Source: an uncultured delta proteobacterium
GTDB taxonomy: Bacteria > Desulfobacterota > BSN033 > UBA1163
NCBI GenBank assembly: GCA_963708295.1
Contig: CAVPSJ010000013.1
Coordinates: 1-64,000, forward strand
Direction: 5' to 3'
DNA: 64,000 bases
The translations under genes and the position numbers were made by a program. A model generated the notes under the pieces. That model was not told the origin of the DNA and made no database searches. It saw only the letters and a list, made by a program, of their open reading frames with translations. Shown piece by piece: positions 44,101 to 54,386 of the stretch; position 1 is the stretch's first letter; each line of letters begins with the position of its first letter.

Positions 44101-45238
44101 TCACTCTTTGAGACCTCTGAAGCCCAACCGTTCTATTCTCTCTTCAATGACCAGATTTGGGTGAAAGTAATCAATCATAATCTCAGCATTTTTCTGATTG
44201 TAAATCTGCCATAGGTATACCACCTGTTGAAAATTTTCTGAGAGAAACGGACGTACTAGCTCGAAAAACGAGTCCCTAAAAACCAGGACCCGCAGGTTGG
44301 CGCCTTTGCATCCCTCCATAAGAGGTTCTCCTATCATCTCCTGAGTTCTCCATCTCTATGTTTAGCTTCAAGGGTTGGGAACAAAAATGTCTCTCTTTCA
44401 ATAGAGGCCACACCTCCTTGATTGTTTCGTGCAGGCCTAACATCCTTACAAGATCACCCCCGGGACGTTCTGTCACCCGATCCGGGTGAAAATAGAAATC
44501 AAATTTAAACTGTTCTTTTGGGAACCATTGAGAGATCCTATTCATCATCTCTTTGTACCCAACAAACGCTCCGTAATCGTTCCAGTGGGAGTCCGTTTTT
44601 TGATAAAGTCGTTTTTCTGATTTGGCATTCAAGAGGCTAGGTCTCAGGTCCAGTACTGTTACATCGCGGTCCTGTTTCAGGTATTCCATTAACTGTTCGA
44701 TGCGCGTTGTGCCTTTGGCTTTTCGAAAATAATCTGGCAAATACTCCGGATAAATGGTCTGCTTATCCGGAACTAATACGAGTAGATAGTGGATACCCTG
44801 TTTTGCCAGCCAGTTGCGCTTGCGCACGTGATCTTCTCTCCAGGAATTGAGCTGTTTTTCAGTTAAAGGCAGAAGCCCGCGGAAATCATCAAGCAGTTGA
44901 TCGGCGGCATAAAAATACCAACCCTCTTTGCCAGTGATCACCTCAGGGATGCCGGACTGTCCAAATCTTTTTTTCATCTCTCTATGATATCGGCGGGTGA
45001 GTACATCCCGGAAGCCAAAATGGTCATTGTAATAGTCTTCAAATCCTTTTGGAAATTGGAGTAGGGTTTTAGAATTGAATGGGATTTCAGGGAAAGACGC
45101 TAATGCTCTTTTCTCGGTATTTGACCACCACTTTTTGTGAGAAGATAAAATACAGCAGACGGGCGGGGCACAGATGATGGTAAGGAAAAGTACGATCACG
45201 ATTGTTTCGAAAATCGTTTGAACAAAAGTTTTGTTCAT
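44101..45238 (-). CDS. AlgJ/AlgX-like SGNH O-acetyltransferase (frameshift near 44330)
   Basis: DHFGFR, GKEGWYFY, PDK..IYPE, TDSHWN, RDSF. Confidence 0.85.
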
Positions 45239-45246
45239 GAAAACGC

Positions 45247-46703
45247 CTAAAACTTGGAATAGATGAATGGGTTATAAGCGCTTGCAGCCAGACTGATCAC
45301 AGAGGCGTAAACAACGAACGAAAGCAATACAAGACCAGCAACATGGAAGGCAACATTTAAAGCGGCCCTGCACGTGACCGGCCCTGTTTCAAGCATGGAT
45401 GATCCTATCCGCTTGACTTAAGGGGTAAAGAGGGGCCGATAATGATGATACCCATACCTATTTCCAGCTTCAGTTTATCGCGTCAGAAACATCGCTACAT
45501 TATGTTTCACTCCTGCTCCATGGGCAAACCCGGCCATGGCCGATAGGTAGGAAACGGTGTGAGTCATGGACTCGGTTCGGAAAATGACCCAACCCACCAC
45601 AACGACTAACAGAGTGTAAATGTGCCTGAATGGCCGCGGCAACGCGTCGAGCCCGCGTCCCAGAAATGTCCGCTCGGTCGCCAAAAATAGGCCATGGAAC
45701 AACCCCCAGATTACAAAATTCCAGCTTGCCCCATGCCACAGACCGCACAAAAGAAATACAATGAGTAAATTCGTATAGGTTCTTATGGAGCTCTGTTGGT
45801 TTCCACCCAATGGGATATAGAGATAGTCCCTGAACCAGGTGGACAATGAAATGTGCCATCTTCTCCAGAATTCCCGTATTGATCGGGAGATGTAAGGATA
45901 GTTGAAATTCTCCAGATAATGGAACCCGAAGCATTCGGGCAAGACCGATCGCCATATCCGAGTATCCCGAAAAGTCAAAGTATATCTGGAGCGTGTAACA
46001 AACCGCACCCAGCCATGCCAATCCGGCTGTCAGATCCCCTGCGGGGAGGGAAAAAACCTGATCTGCGACTTTGGCCACAGAATTAGCGATCAGCATTTTT
46101 TTGCCCAGTCCGAATAGAAATTGTCTCACGCCTTCTGCAAAATCTGTCCTTGATATGGTCCTGGCTCTCGATTTCTTTTGCGATATGAGCGAAGCGAACG
46201 ATGGGACCGGCCATCAGCTGGGGAAAGAGCGATACGTAGGCACCGAGGTTTATAATATTCCTTTGGGCGATTATCTTTTGGTTATAAACGTCGATGACGT
46301 ACGACAACGCCTGGAATGTAAAAAAAGATATTCCTATTGGAAGATGAACTCGGACCAGATAGTATGGTCCGATGCCAAAGATTGCAAGGAGCGAGTTCAG
46401 GTTGGTGACAACAAAATTGGCATACTTAAAAAAAGCTAACAAGCCGAGATTTAACACAATAGCAAGGATGAGATAAACTCTGGATGTATTTGACCTCCTA
46501 TGATTCTCGATCAGCAGCCCGCAGGAAAAGTTGATGAGAATGGATGCAACCAATATGAAGAGATGAAGTCCTTCTCCCCAGGCATAAAATAACAGGCTCG
46601 CAAGTAGTAGAAATAAGTTCCGATGTCTTTTGCTGGTGAGAAAATACAATCCGAGGACGATTGGCAAGAACAAAAACAGGAAAATTACAGAACTGAAAAC
46701 CAT
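45247..46703 (-). CDS. algI: AlgI/DltB-type MBOAT O-acyltransferase (several frameshifts)
   Basis: MVFSS..FLF.FLP, LPIGISFFTF, QIYFDFSGYSDMA, FWRRWHISLS, GLWHGA, NPFIY. Confidence 0.88.
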
Positions 46704-47224
46704 GGGGCACGTGGACCTAACTAACTCCAGATAGAGGTGTTAATCTCTTCGGACTAGGGTGATACGTAAGTTTGGCTGGTCGCTTGAGTTTATAAAAAAC
46801 GTTATGGCATCGGTCGGAATCTTAGCGACCGATGCCTTCAATATTCATTTGGAAGCCGTAGCAAGCAACCCCAGCGCTCGATCACATCTATGCAAGGAAT
46901 CACTCTAGGCACGCTCAATATAAGAGATGGCAGCTTATGTGTCAAGAAGGAAGCCACGCTGAGGGACGAAAGTCATAAGGGTAGCTGTGGTCAATACTGG
47001 TAATCAACACGAAAGGGGCAGGGGGATTAGGCATGTTAGCTCGCAAACCCGTCAGGCGATGGCGTGGGACGGGGAAGATCGAGAAAGCTTGGATGACGCG
47101 GAGATTTAAACTCCATCAGAATTCTGATCATTTACTTTTGTGCTCAATTCTAATTTTAGTTACTATTTCGTGAAGTTCCTGTTTTCTATTGAAAATTGAG
47201 GGGTAATAGGCTAATGTTCCAAGC

Positions 47225-48289
47225 ATGGATGGTCAGAAATTTCTCATTCTGAGGTTAAGCGCGGTGGGGGATGTGATCCGAACGCTGCCCGCGGTCAAGA
47301 CTCTGAAAGAATATTTCCCTTCCTCGACGATCACCTGGGTGGTTGAAGAACCCTCGCGATCTTTCCTGGAAAGTCAGCACGAAATTGATGAGGTCATCCT
47401 GTTTCCCAGGAAGAAATGGGCACGAGGGATGAAATCGCTGACGCAAATATGGGGAACGGTCTGGGAGATGTGGAGGTTCATCGGGGGGCTTCGGGGGCGA
47501 AAATTCGATGCGGTGCTCGATTTTCATGGGATTCTTAAAAGCGGGATCCTTTCTTTTCTATCCGGTACTCCCAGGCGGATTGGATATGACCGGAGGTCGA
47601 CGAAGGAAGGAAATTTCTTATTTTCGAACGTGAAAGTAGAGCTTCCAAAAGAAAGGATCAGTCGATTTAGAAGGAACCTCGCCCTGTTAAGAGGATTGGC
47701 GTTGGAGGCGAAAGAGCTCAAATGTGGTCTCCACGTCCCTCTGGAAGATCGGGAGTACGTGGCGTCCTTTTTCAAGGCTTCATCGGCGTCCTTGGGGAGA
47801 CCGTTGATTGCAATCCATCCAGGAACGAGCGAAAAAGCACTGTTCAAGCGATGGATGCCGGATCAATATGCCCGGGTGGCGGATCGATTGGTCGAGGAAC
47901 TCCATGCGGCCGTTCTTTTTACGTGGGGAGATAGAGAACTCGATTGGGTAGAAGGCATTCGAAAAGAGATGAAGAACCCGTCTCTTTTGGGGCCAAGAAC
48001 AGAATCGTTAACACAACTTGGAGAGGTGTATCGACACTGCGACCTTTACATCGGAGGGGATACGGGGCCGATGCACGTTGCTTCCCTGATGGGAATTCCT
48101 GCAGTCGTCATTTATGGACCGACAGATCCCGTTGAAAACGAGCCGGTTGGGAGTCACATCAAAGTGAGAAAAGAAGTGGGGTGTAATCCGTGTCACGCAT
48201 ATTCGTGCAAAGAACTTTTCTGTATAAAAGCGATCTCAGCCGATGAGGTTTTTACGGCGACCCAAGAGATGCTGGGTCTCATTCGTTAA
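47225..48289 (+). CDS. Glycosyltransferase family 9 (LPS heptosyltransferase)
   Basis: LRLSAVGDVI, DTGPMH, YGPT. Confidence 0.9.
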   Translation: MDGQKFLILRLSAVGDVIRTLPAVKTLKEYFPSSTITWVVEEPSRSFLESQHEIDEVILFPRKKWARGMKSLTQIWGTVWEMWRFIGGLRGRKFDAVLDFHGILKSGILSFLSGTPRRIGYDRRSTKEGNFLFSNVKVELPKERISRFRRNLALLRGLALEAKELKCGLHVPLEDREYVASFFKASSASLGRPLIAIHPGTSEKALFKRWMPDQYARVADRLVEELHAAVLFTWGDRELDWVEGIRKEMKNPSLLGPRTESLTQLGEVYRHCDLYIGGDTGPMHVASLMGIPAVVIYGPTDPVENEPVGSHIKVRKEVGCNPCHAYSCKELFCIKAISADEVFTATQEMLGLIR

Positions 48290-48354
48290 AAAGGTTAAGG
48301 CGTGGGCAAGGGCTTGATGCGATACTCTTTCGAACTTAATCAAGGAATGATGTT

Positions 48355-49422
48355 TTGAAACGTGATCTGAGTCCCACCGGGGGCGGAATCCAGCGCATCT
48401 TAGTAAGAGGAGTAAACTGGGTAGGGGATACGGTACTCAGTTATCCGACGGTCCAACAACTGAAGGTTTTCTTCCCGAATTCCCATTTAGCGGTCCTCGT
48501 CCCAAGCTATCTCGTTGATCTATGGAAAACATTCCCCTACGTGGACGAGATCATCCCCTTCCAGAAGAAGGGAGGCATCGGATCGATTTGGGAAGATTTA
48601 AACCTCAGCCAGTCTTTGAAGGAGAGGAATTTTGATCTGGCCGTCATTCTTCCCCGTTCTTTCCGTTCGGCTCTCCATATTTTTCTCGCTCGAATTCCAA
48701 TCCGAATCGGTTATCGAGGTGAATGGCGCTCGCTCTTTCTGACCCATGGAATTCGTCGGACAAGGGAGGTCCTTCAGGGCCACCGGGTCTATTATTACCA
48801 GAAACTGATTGAGCCGTTTGGAACGATAGAAAATCCTCCCTCCCCTCGAATATTTCTCAGGGAAGAAGATCGAAAGTGGGGAGATCGAATGTTGCAGGAC
48901 TTAGGGATTCCGGAGGGGAAACCTTTGATCGGTATGAATCCTGGGGCCGCCTATGGTTTAGCCAAATGCTGGGACCCGGGTCGATTCGGAGAATTGGGAA
49001 AGAGGCTTGCCAGTCGTTGGGAAACGAAGATCCTTCTTTTTGGGAGGGAGGGAGAGCGCCCGATCGTCTACGAGATCCTGCGCCATTTAGGTACAAAAGG
49101 AATCGACTTGACCGGGAAAACCGGTTTGCTCCAACTGGCTGCGCTCCTGGAACGTTGTACCCTCCTGGTGACCAATGATACCGGAACCATGCATGTCGCC
49201 GCTGCTGTCGGTACCCCTGTCGTCGCTCTCTTTGGATCAACACTTCCTCTCACGACGGGTCCTTGGGGGGAGGGCCATGTGGTTGCAAAAAAGGATATTC
49301 CTTGCAGTCCTTGTTGGAAGAGGATTTGTCCGACAGATCATCAGTGCATGGAGCAGATTACGGTGGATGAAGTCGAGGAGATGGTCGATAGAAAATTGGG
49401 AGAACTGATTCATAAATCGTGA
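48355..49422 (+). CDS. waaF: LPS heptosyltransferase II
   Basis: NWVGD, NPGAAYGLAK.W, NDTGTMH. Confidence 0.85.
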   Translation: MKRDLSPTGGGIQRILVRGVNWVGDTVLSYPTVQQLKVFFPNSHLAVLVPSYLVDLWKTFPYVDEIIPFQKKGGIGSIWEDLNLSQSLKERNFDLAVILPRSFRSALHIFLARIPIRIGYRGEWRSLFLTHGIRRTREVLQGHRVYYYQKLIEPFGTIENPPSPRIFLREEDRKWGDRMLQDLGIPEGKPLIGMNPGAAYGLAKCWDPGRFGELGKRLASRWETKILLFGREGERPIVYEILRHLGTKGIDLTGKTGLLQLAALLERCTLLVTNDTGTMHVAAAVGTPVVALFGSTLPLTTGPWGEGHVVAKKDIPCSPCWKRICPTDHQCMEQITVDEVEEMVDRKLGELIHKS

Positions 49423-49449
49423 ACAAGAACAGTAACCCATGGACGATGA

Positions 49450-50364
49450 ATGATGGAAAAGATTCCAGTTTCTGTCTATGTGCTCACGACAAACAATCAT
49501 CGGACGATTGAGCGGTGCCTGAGGAGCCTCTCCTGGGCTCAGGAGCTGGTGGTGATCGACTCCTTCAGCCAGGACGGGACCTTCGATATCTGCAAACGAT
49601 ATGCGGATAAATTATTTCAGAGGACATGGACAGGACATCGCGATCAGTACCAGTATGCCGCCGATCTCACCACGCAGGACTGGATCATGTTTGTGGATGC
49701 CGATGAAGAAATTCCTCCAGAATTAGCGGAGGAGATTCGGAAGGAGCTGAATGGAAAGGGAAAGGATTTGGACGGATATTTTGCTTATCGGCGTACCTAT
49801 TATCTGGGAAGATGGATTCGATACGGAGGATGGTATCCCGATGGTGAGATTCGTCTCTATCGAAAGGAGAAGGGGAGATGGGAAGGGGGCCTTCACGCTA
49901 AATTGGTGGTGAAGGGGAGGGTCGGCGTTTTGAAAAACCAGTATCATCATTATACCTATGGAAACATTTCAGACCAGATTCAGACGATCGACCGGTATTC
50001 TAAAATCGCGGCAGAAGATCTTTTTGGAAGCGGGGAAAAGTTTAGCCTTTTCAACCTTCTCTTTCACCCTCCTTTTCGGTTCATCAAAGAATACCTTCTT
50101 AAGTCAGGATTCCGGGATGGGCTGCCGGGGTTCATCATCGGCGTCTCGACCATGTATTACGTTTTTGTCAAATATGCCAAATTGTGGGAGTTGACCCGTT
50201 CGACAGCGCCCAGCCCATCTTCTGAAGGAAGAGGAGAGACGCGCCACGCAGGGTCGACCCCGAGCCTTCAACCCGATCCCAAGCCGAGGGACAAGTCCCA
50301 GCCTTTAGGCAAGGGGGCCGAAGGGTTGACCATTTCTAAGAAGGAGAAAGAGAATGGCTCCTGA
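49450..50364 (+). CDS. Glycosyltransferase family 2 (LPS core, WaaE/KdtX-like)
   Basis: DSFSQDGT, VDADE, GWYPD, GFRDG..G; C-terminal extension derives from an inserted element. Confidence 0.88.
   Translation: MMEKIPVSVYVLTTNNHRTIERCLRSLSWAQELVVIDSFSQDGTFDICKRYADKLFQRTWTGHRDQYQYAADLTTQDWIMFVDADEEIPPELAEEIRKELNGKGKDLDGYFAYRRTYYLGRWIRYGGWYPDGEIRLYRKEKGRWEGGLHAKLVVKGRVGVLKNQYHHYTYGNISDQIQTIDRYSKIAAEDLFGSGEKFSLFNLLFHPPFRFIKEYLLKSGFRDGLPGFIIGVSTMYYVFVKYAKLWELTRSTAPSPSSEGRGETRHAGSTPSLQPDPKPRDKSQPLGKGAEGLTISKKEKENGS
50191..50330. mobile_element. TTGAC-bounded element inserted in-frame in the GT2 3' end
   Basis: TTGAC-CCGTTCGACAGC...GCCGAAGGG-TTGAC; adds 135 bp. Confidence 0.8.
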
Positions 50365-51352
50365 TACAGAGGTGTTTAGGGGAAGGAAGGTCCTGGTGAC
50401 AGGGGGATTGGGTTTTATTGGGTCCAACCTGTCGGCCAAGCTGGTTGGGTTAGGGGCAAAAGTGACCGTTGTGGACAATATGATGCCCCGTCTGGGAGGA
50501 AATCTTTTCAACGTCAGAGATATTGTCGACCGCATCCAGGTCAACTTCAGTGATGTGAGGGATGGCCACTCGATGGATTACCTGGTGAAAGGACAGGAGG
50601 TCATTTTTCACCTCGCGGGACAGGTGAATCATGTCGACAGTATCCGAAATCCGATTCAAGACCTGGACGTCAACTGCCGAGGAACATTGGTCCTCCTCGA
50701 ATCCTGCCGGAAATACAATCGGGAGGTTAAGATCGTTTTTGCCGGGACACGGGGAGAATATGGAGCCAGTGTGACTCTGCCGGTAGGGGAGGATCACCCG
50801 ACGAACCCCAAGGGAATTTATGCTGTCACCAATTTATCGGCCGAGAAGATGGTTCTTGTCTATCACGATGTTCACAAAATTCAGGGGGCCTGCCTCCGGA
50901 TTACGAACACATACGGCCCCCGGCATCAGATGGCCCACGATGAATATGGGGTCGTCAATTGGTTCATCCGCAAAGCCGTCGATGATGAAGTCCTTCCTGT
51001 TTTTGGTGACGGCCGGATCTTAAGAGATTTTCTTTACGTGGATGATTTGGTCGATTGCTTTTTGCAGGTATCCGCCTGTCCTCAGGCTTATGGAGAGGTG
51101 TTCAATGTGGGAACCGGTATCCCCGTCAACTTCATCGACCTGGCGAAAAAGATCGTAGCGATTGCAGGGACCGGCAGGACGGCTTTTACCCAATTCACAC
51201 AGGAGCGAAAGGAAGTCGAGCCGGGGGATTATTATACCAATATCTCCAAAATCAAGCACATGGTGAGATGGGAGCCGAAGACCGATCTGGAGGAAGGGCT
51301 CCGAAGGACGATCGAATTTTACAGAAAATATAAGAAGGAATACTGGACGTAA
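50354..51352 (+). CDS. NAD-dependent epimerase/dehydratase
   Basis: TGGLGFIGS, FHLAG, N.YGP, RDFLYVDD. Confidence 0.9.
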   Translation: MAPDTEVFRGRKVLVTGGLGFIGSNLSAKLVGLGAKVTVVDNMMPRLGGNLFNVRDIVDRIQVNFSDVRDGHSMDYLVKGQEVIFHLAGQVNHVDSIRNPIQDLDVNCRGTLVLLESCRKYNREVKIVFAGTRGEYGASVTLPVGEDHPTNPKGIYAVTNLSAEKMVLVYHDVHKIQGACLRITNTYGPRHQMAHDEYGVVNWFIRKAVDDEVLPVFGDGRILRDFLYVDDLVDCFLQVSACPQAYGEVFNVGTGIPVNFIDLAKKIVAIAGTGRTAFTQFTQERKEVEPGDYYTNISKIKHMVRWEPKTDLEEGLRRTIEFYRKYKKEYWT

Positions 51353-51462
51353 GGACATTGCAGATTGCAGATTTCAGATCGCAAATTGAATAAGATGCAA
51401 AAATTAGAGTCTCTATTTTGGGTTTTTCAAACTGAAATCTAAAATTTGAAATTTGAAATGGG

Positions 51463-52605
51463 ATGACGATGGTTCCTTTCTTAGACCTAACCAGGCAGTA
51501 TAAAAAGATCAAAGGCGAAATCCTTTCGGCGACCCAAAGGGTCTATGAAAAAGGCCACTTCATTCTCGGAGAGGAAGTTTCTGGTTTTGAGGAGGAATTT
51601 TCCGATTATTGTGGGGTTCGGTATGGGGTCGGAGTGGGTTCCGGGACCGATGCCCTTTATCTGGCCTTGAAAGCAGCCGGCATCGGAGAGGGAGATGAGG
51701 TTGTCACGGTGGCGAATTCTTTCGTGGCCACGGCCCTCGCCATCTCCTTTACGGGGGCAAAACCCCTTTTCGTCGAAATCGATCCAAAAACTTACAACAT
51801 GGACCCCGATCACCTGGAACTTCTCTTAAAACGTGAAAGGGCAAAAGGCAGCAGTCGAAAAATTAGGGCCATTCTTCCTGTTCACCTGTATGGCCACCCG
51901 GCGGAGATGGATTCGATCATGGAAATTGCAAACCGTTTTGATCTGGCGGTGATCGAAGATGCCTGCCAGGCCCACGGGGCAGAATACGGAAATAAGAAAG
52001 TCGGTTCCTTTGGGATCATGGGATGTTTCAGTTTCTATCCGACAAAGAATTTGGGAGGATACGGGGATGGTGGGATGGTGGTGACGGATCACAAGAAATA
52101 TGACCAGAACCTGAGACTTCTTCGATGTTATGGAGAGAGAAAAAAATATCAACATATCCTGAAGGGGCATAACAGCCGGTTGGATGAGATCCAGGCGGCA
52201 CTCCTTCGGGTCAAATTGAAATATTTGGATCAATGGAATGAGGAGAGGAGAAGGAAGGCCAGCATTTATACTGAGAGGCTGTCTCCTTTAGGGGTGGTCT
52301 GTTCTTCGGAAAAGGCCGGAGTTCGGCATGTCTATCACCTCTACGCGATCAAGGCAGAAAAGAGGGACCTTCTCCAAGCGTTTTTGAAGAAGAAGGGGAT
52401 CGAAACGCTCATTCATTATCCCATCCCGATACCTTTTCAGAAGGCTTATCAGGAATTGGAGTATGGGATAAAGGACCTTCCGTTAACAAGCCAGTGGTCT
52501 CGAAAGACTCTCTCCCTCCCTTTTTTCCCAGAGATAAAGAAACATGAGATGGAAGAAGTGATCGAAGGGATTCGTTCCTTTATGAAGAACAAATGTGACG
52601 AATGA
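51463..52605 (+). CDS. DegT/DnrJ/EryC1/StrS aminotransferase
   Basis: SGTDAL, PVHLYG, EDACQAHG, SFYPTKNLG. Confidence 0.93.
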   Translation: MTMVPFLDLTRQYKKIKGEILSATQRVYEKGHFILGEEVSGFEEEFSDYCGVRYGVGVGSGTDALYLALKAAGIGEGDEVVTVANSFVATALAISFTGAKPLFVEIDPKTYNMDPDHLELLLKRERAKGSSRKIRAILPVHLYGHPAEMDSIMEIANRFDLAVIEDACQAHGAEYGNKKVGSFGIMGCFSFYPTKNLGGYGDGGMVVTDHKKYDQNLRLLRCYGERKKYQHILKGHNSRLDEIQAALLRVKLKYLDQWNEERRRKASIYTERLSPLGVVCSSEKAGVRHVYHLYAIKAEKRDLLQAFLKKKGIETLIHYPIPIPFQKAYQELEYGIKDLPLTSQWSRKTLSLPFFPEIKKHEMEEVIEGIRSFMKNKCDE

Positions 52606-53008
52606 CAGCAAATGGCACGAATATGAGAACGAATGACACGAATATTGTATACCCGGATTTATCTTATCAAATCATGGGGGCAATCTTTGAAGTCCACAAG
52701 AAACTAGGGCCTGGATTTCTTGAATCCGTTTATCAAAAAGCGTTAATCGAAGAACTTTCAGAAAGAGGAATGAACGTTGAAACCGAAAAGGTTGTTGATT
52801 TAACATGCAAGGAAAAGAGGATTGGAATTCATCGTCTTGATTTGGTCGTCGGAAATAAAGTTGTTGTAGAGTTAAAGACAGTAGAAGGTTTCTCTATTCA
52901 TCATAAGGCACAACTAACATCTACTTAAAGGCAAGTGGCTACAAGCTTGGGATTCTGGTCAATTTCTCAAAAGCAAAGGTTGAATATAGGCGTGTTCTTA
53001 TTCGCTAA
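52602..53008 (+). CDS. GxxExxY protein (frameshift near 52920)
   Basis: LGPGFLESVY, R.DLVV, VELK, AQL; second frame YLKA..LGILVNF. Confidence 0.88.
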
Positions 53009-53076
53009 ATTTGGTGCCATTCGAATAATCAGGTAGTAATATTCGTTAGATTCGCCATCATTCGCGTAATTGGGTT

Positions 53077-54237
53077 ATGAGAAAAATAAGGGTAGCATTA
53101 GGTCTTCGCGACTTCTCTAAAAAAAAAGGAGGAGCCGAAAGTTATTTAGTTGACTTGTGCACCCGAATGACCGCGGAGGGTCATGAGGTCCACATCTATA
53201 CGGAGCATCACGACGAAGGAGGTCCCGGTTTCCATTTCCATCCGGTCAAAACGATCCCGTTCCCAAGAAGCATGCAACTTTTCTCTTTCGCGACCAGAGC
53301 GACGAGAGAGATGGAAAATGGAAATTACGACATCATCTTCGGGGTGGGAAATACGCTCAAGGCGGATATTCTTCAACCTCACGGGGGGGTGCATTGGGCG
53401 TGGTTTTGGCGGAGCCTGAGGGCTTATGAGAATCCCATTCTGTGGATGATAAAATTATTAGGAAGGGTCTTGAGCCCGAAGCAATGGGTGAGCGGTTGGG
53501 TTGAGGGCGCGCCTTATCAAGCGAAGCGCCTCCGAGCGATCATTGCCATCTCTGAGATGGTGAAGCAGGATATGATGCGCTGGTATCGGATCCCTGAGGA
53601 ACGAATCCATGTCGTCCATAATGGGGTTGACATTGAGCGGTTTCACCCTCGGAATCGCCGATTTCGGGAGGAGATCAGGAGAAAGCATGGTATTGGAGAT
53701 GAATTCGTTGTACTCTTCGTTTCAAATAACTTTCGGATGAAAGGGCTGGCTTTCTTGATCAAGGCATTGGCTGAAATGAAGAAAGAGAATTCTCCCCCTT
53801 TGAGACTCCTCGTTCTTGGGAGGGATCGTCAAGAATCTTATTTAGGCTTGGCCAAGGATATGGGGATTTTCGAAGAAGTGATCTTCGCGGGGTCTACGCA
53901 AGAACCCGAAAGATATTATGGGGCATCGGACCTTCTCGTTCACCCGGCGTTTTACGATGCCTATTCCCTAACGGTGTTAGAGGCCCTGGCCAGTGGCCTT
54001 CCGGTCGTTACCACGGCTTCAACTGGCGCAAGTGAGGTTCTTTGCCATGGAGAAGAGGGTTGGGTGGTGGGTGATCTAAAGGATGGGGAGGAACTCAAAA
54101 GAGGGATTGTGTATTTTTTTGACGAGAAGAGGAGACGTCAGGCATCCTCCCAGGCGAGAGAGAAAGCAGAGATCTATTCAGAAAAGGCAAATTTTGATCG
54201 TGTGATTGCAATCTTCAATGAGGCGCTTCAACGGTGA
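53077..54237 (+). CDS. Glycosyltransferase family 4 (WaaG-like)
   Basis: GGAESY, HNGVD, LEALASGLPV. Confidence 0.88.
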   Translation: MRKIRVALGLRDFSKKKGGAESYLVDLCTRMTAEGHEVHIYTEHHDEGGPGFHFHPVKTIPFPRSMQLFSFATRATREMENGNYDIIFGVGNTLKADILQPHGGVHWAWFWRSLRAYENPILWMIKLLGRVLSPKQWVSGWVEGAPYQAKRLRAIIAISEMVKQDMMRWYRIPEERIHVVHNGVDIERFHPRNRRFREEIRRKHGIGDEFVVLFVSNNFRMKGLAFLIKALAEMKKENSPPLRLLVLGRDRQESYLGLAKDMGIFEEVIFAGSTQEPERYYGASDLLVHPAFYDAYSLTVLEALASGLPVVTTASTGASEVLCHGEEGWVVGDLKDGEELKRGIVYFFDEKRRRQASSQAREKAEIYSEKANFDRVIAIFNEALQR

Positions 54238-54386
54238 CCATGGGAGGGATACTGGCTCGAGGAGAGACTTATGACTGGAGCGTCGACGCCCGTGCGCTGG
54301 GGTGAGGATTGGCCCGATGAGAAGGTTAAGGAGAATGTCCATTTGATCTGCAATGATTCCATTCATGTATTGATAGAAAAAGTTGG

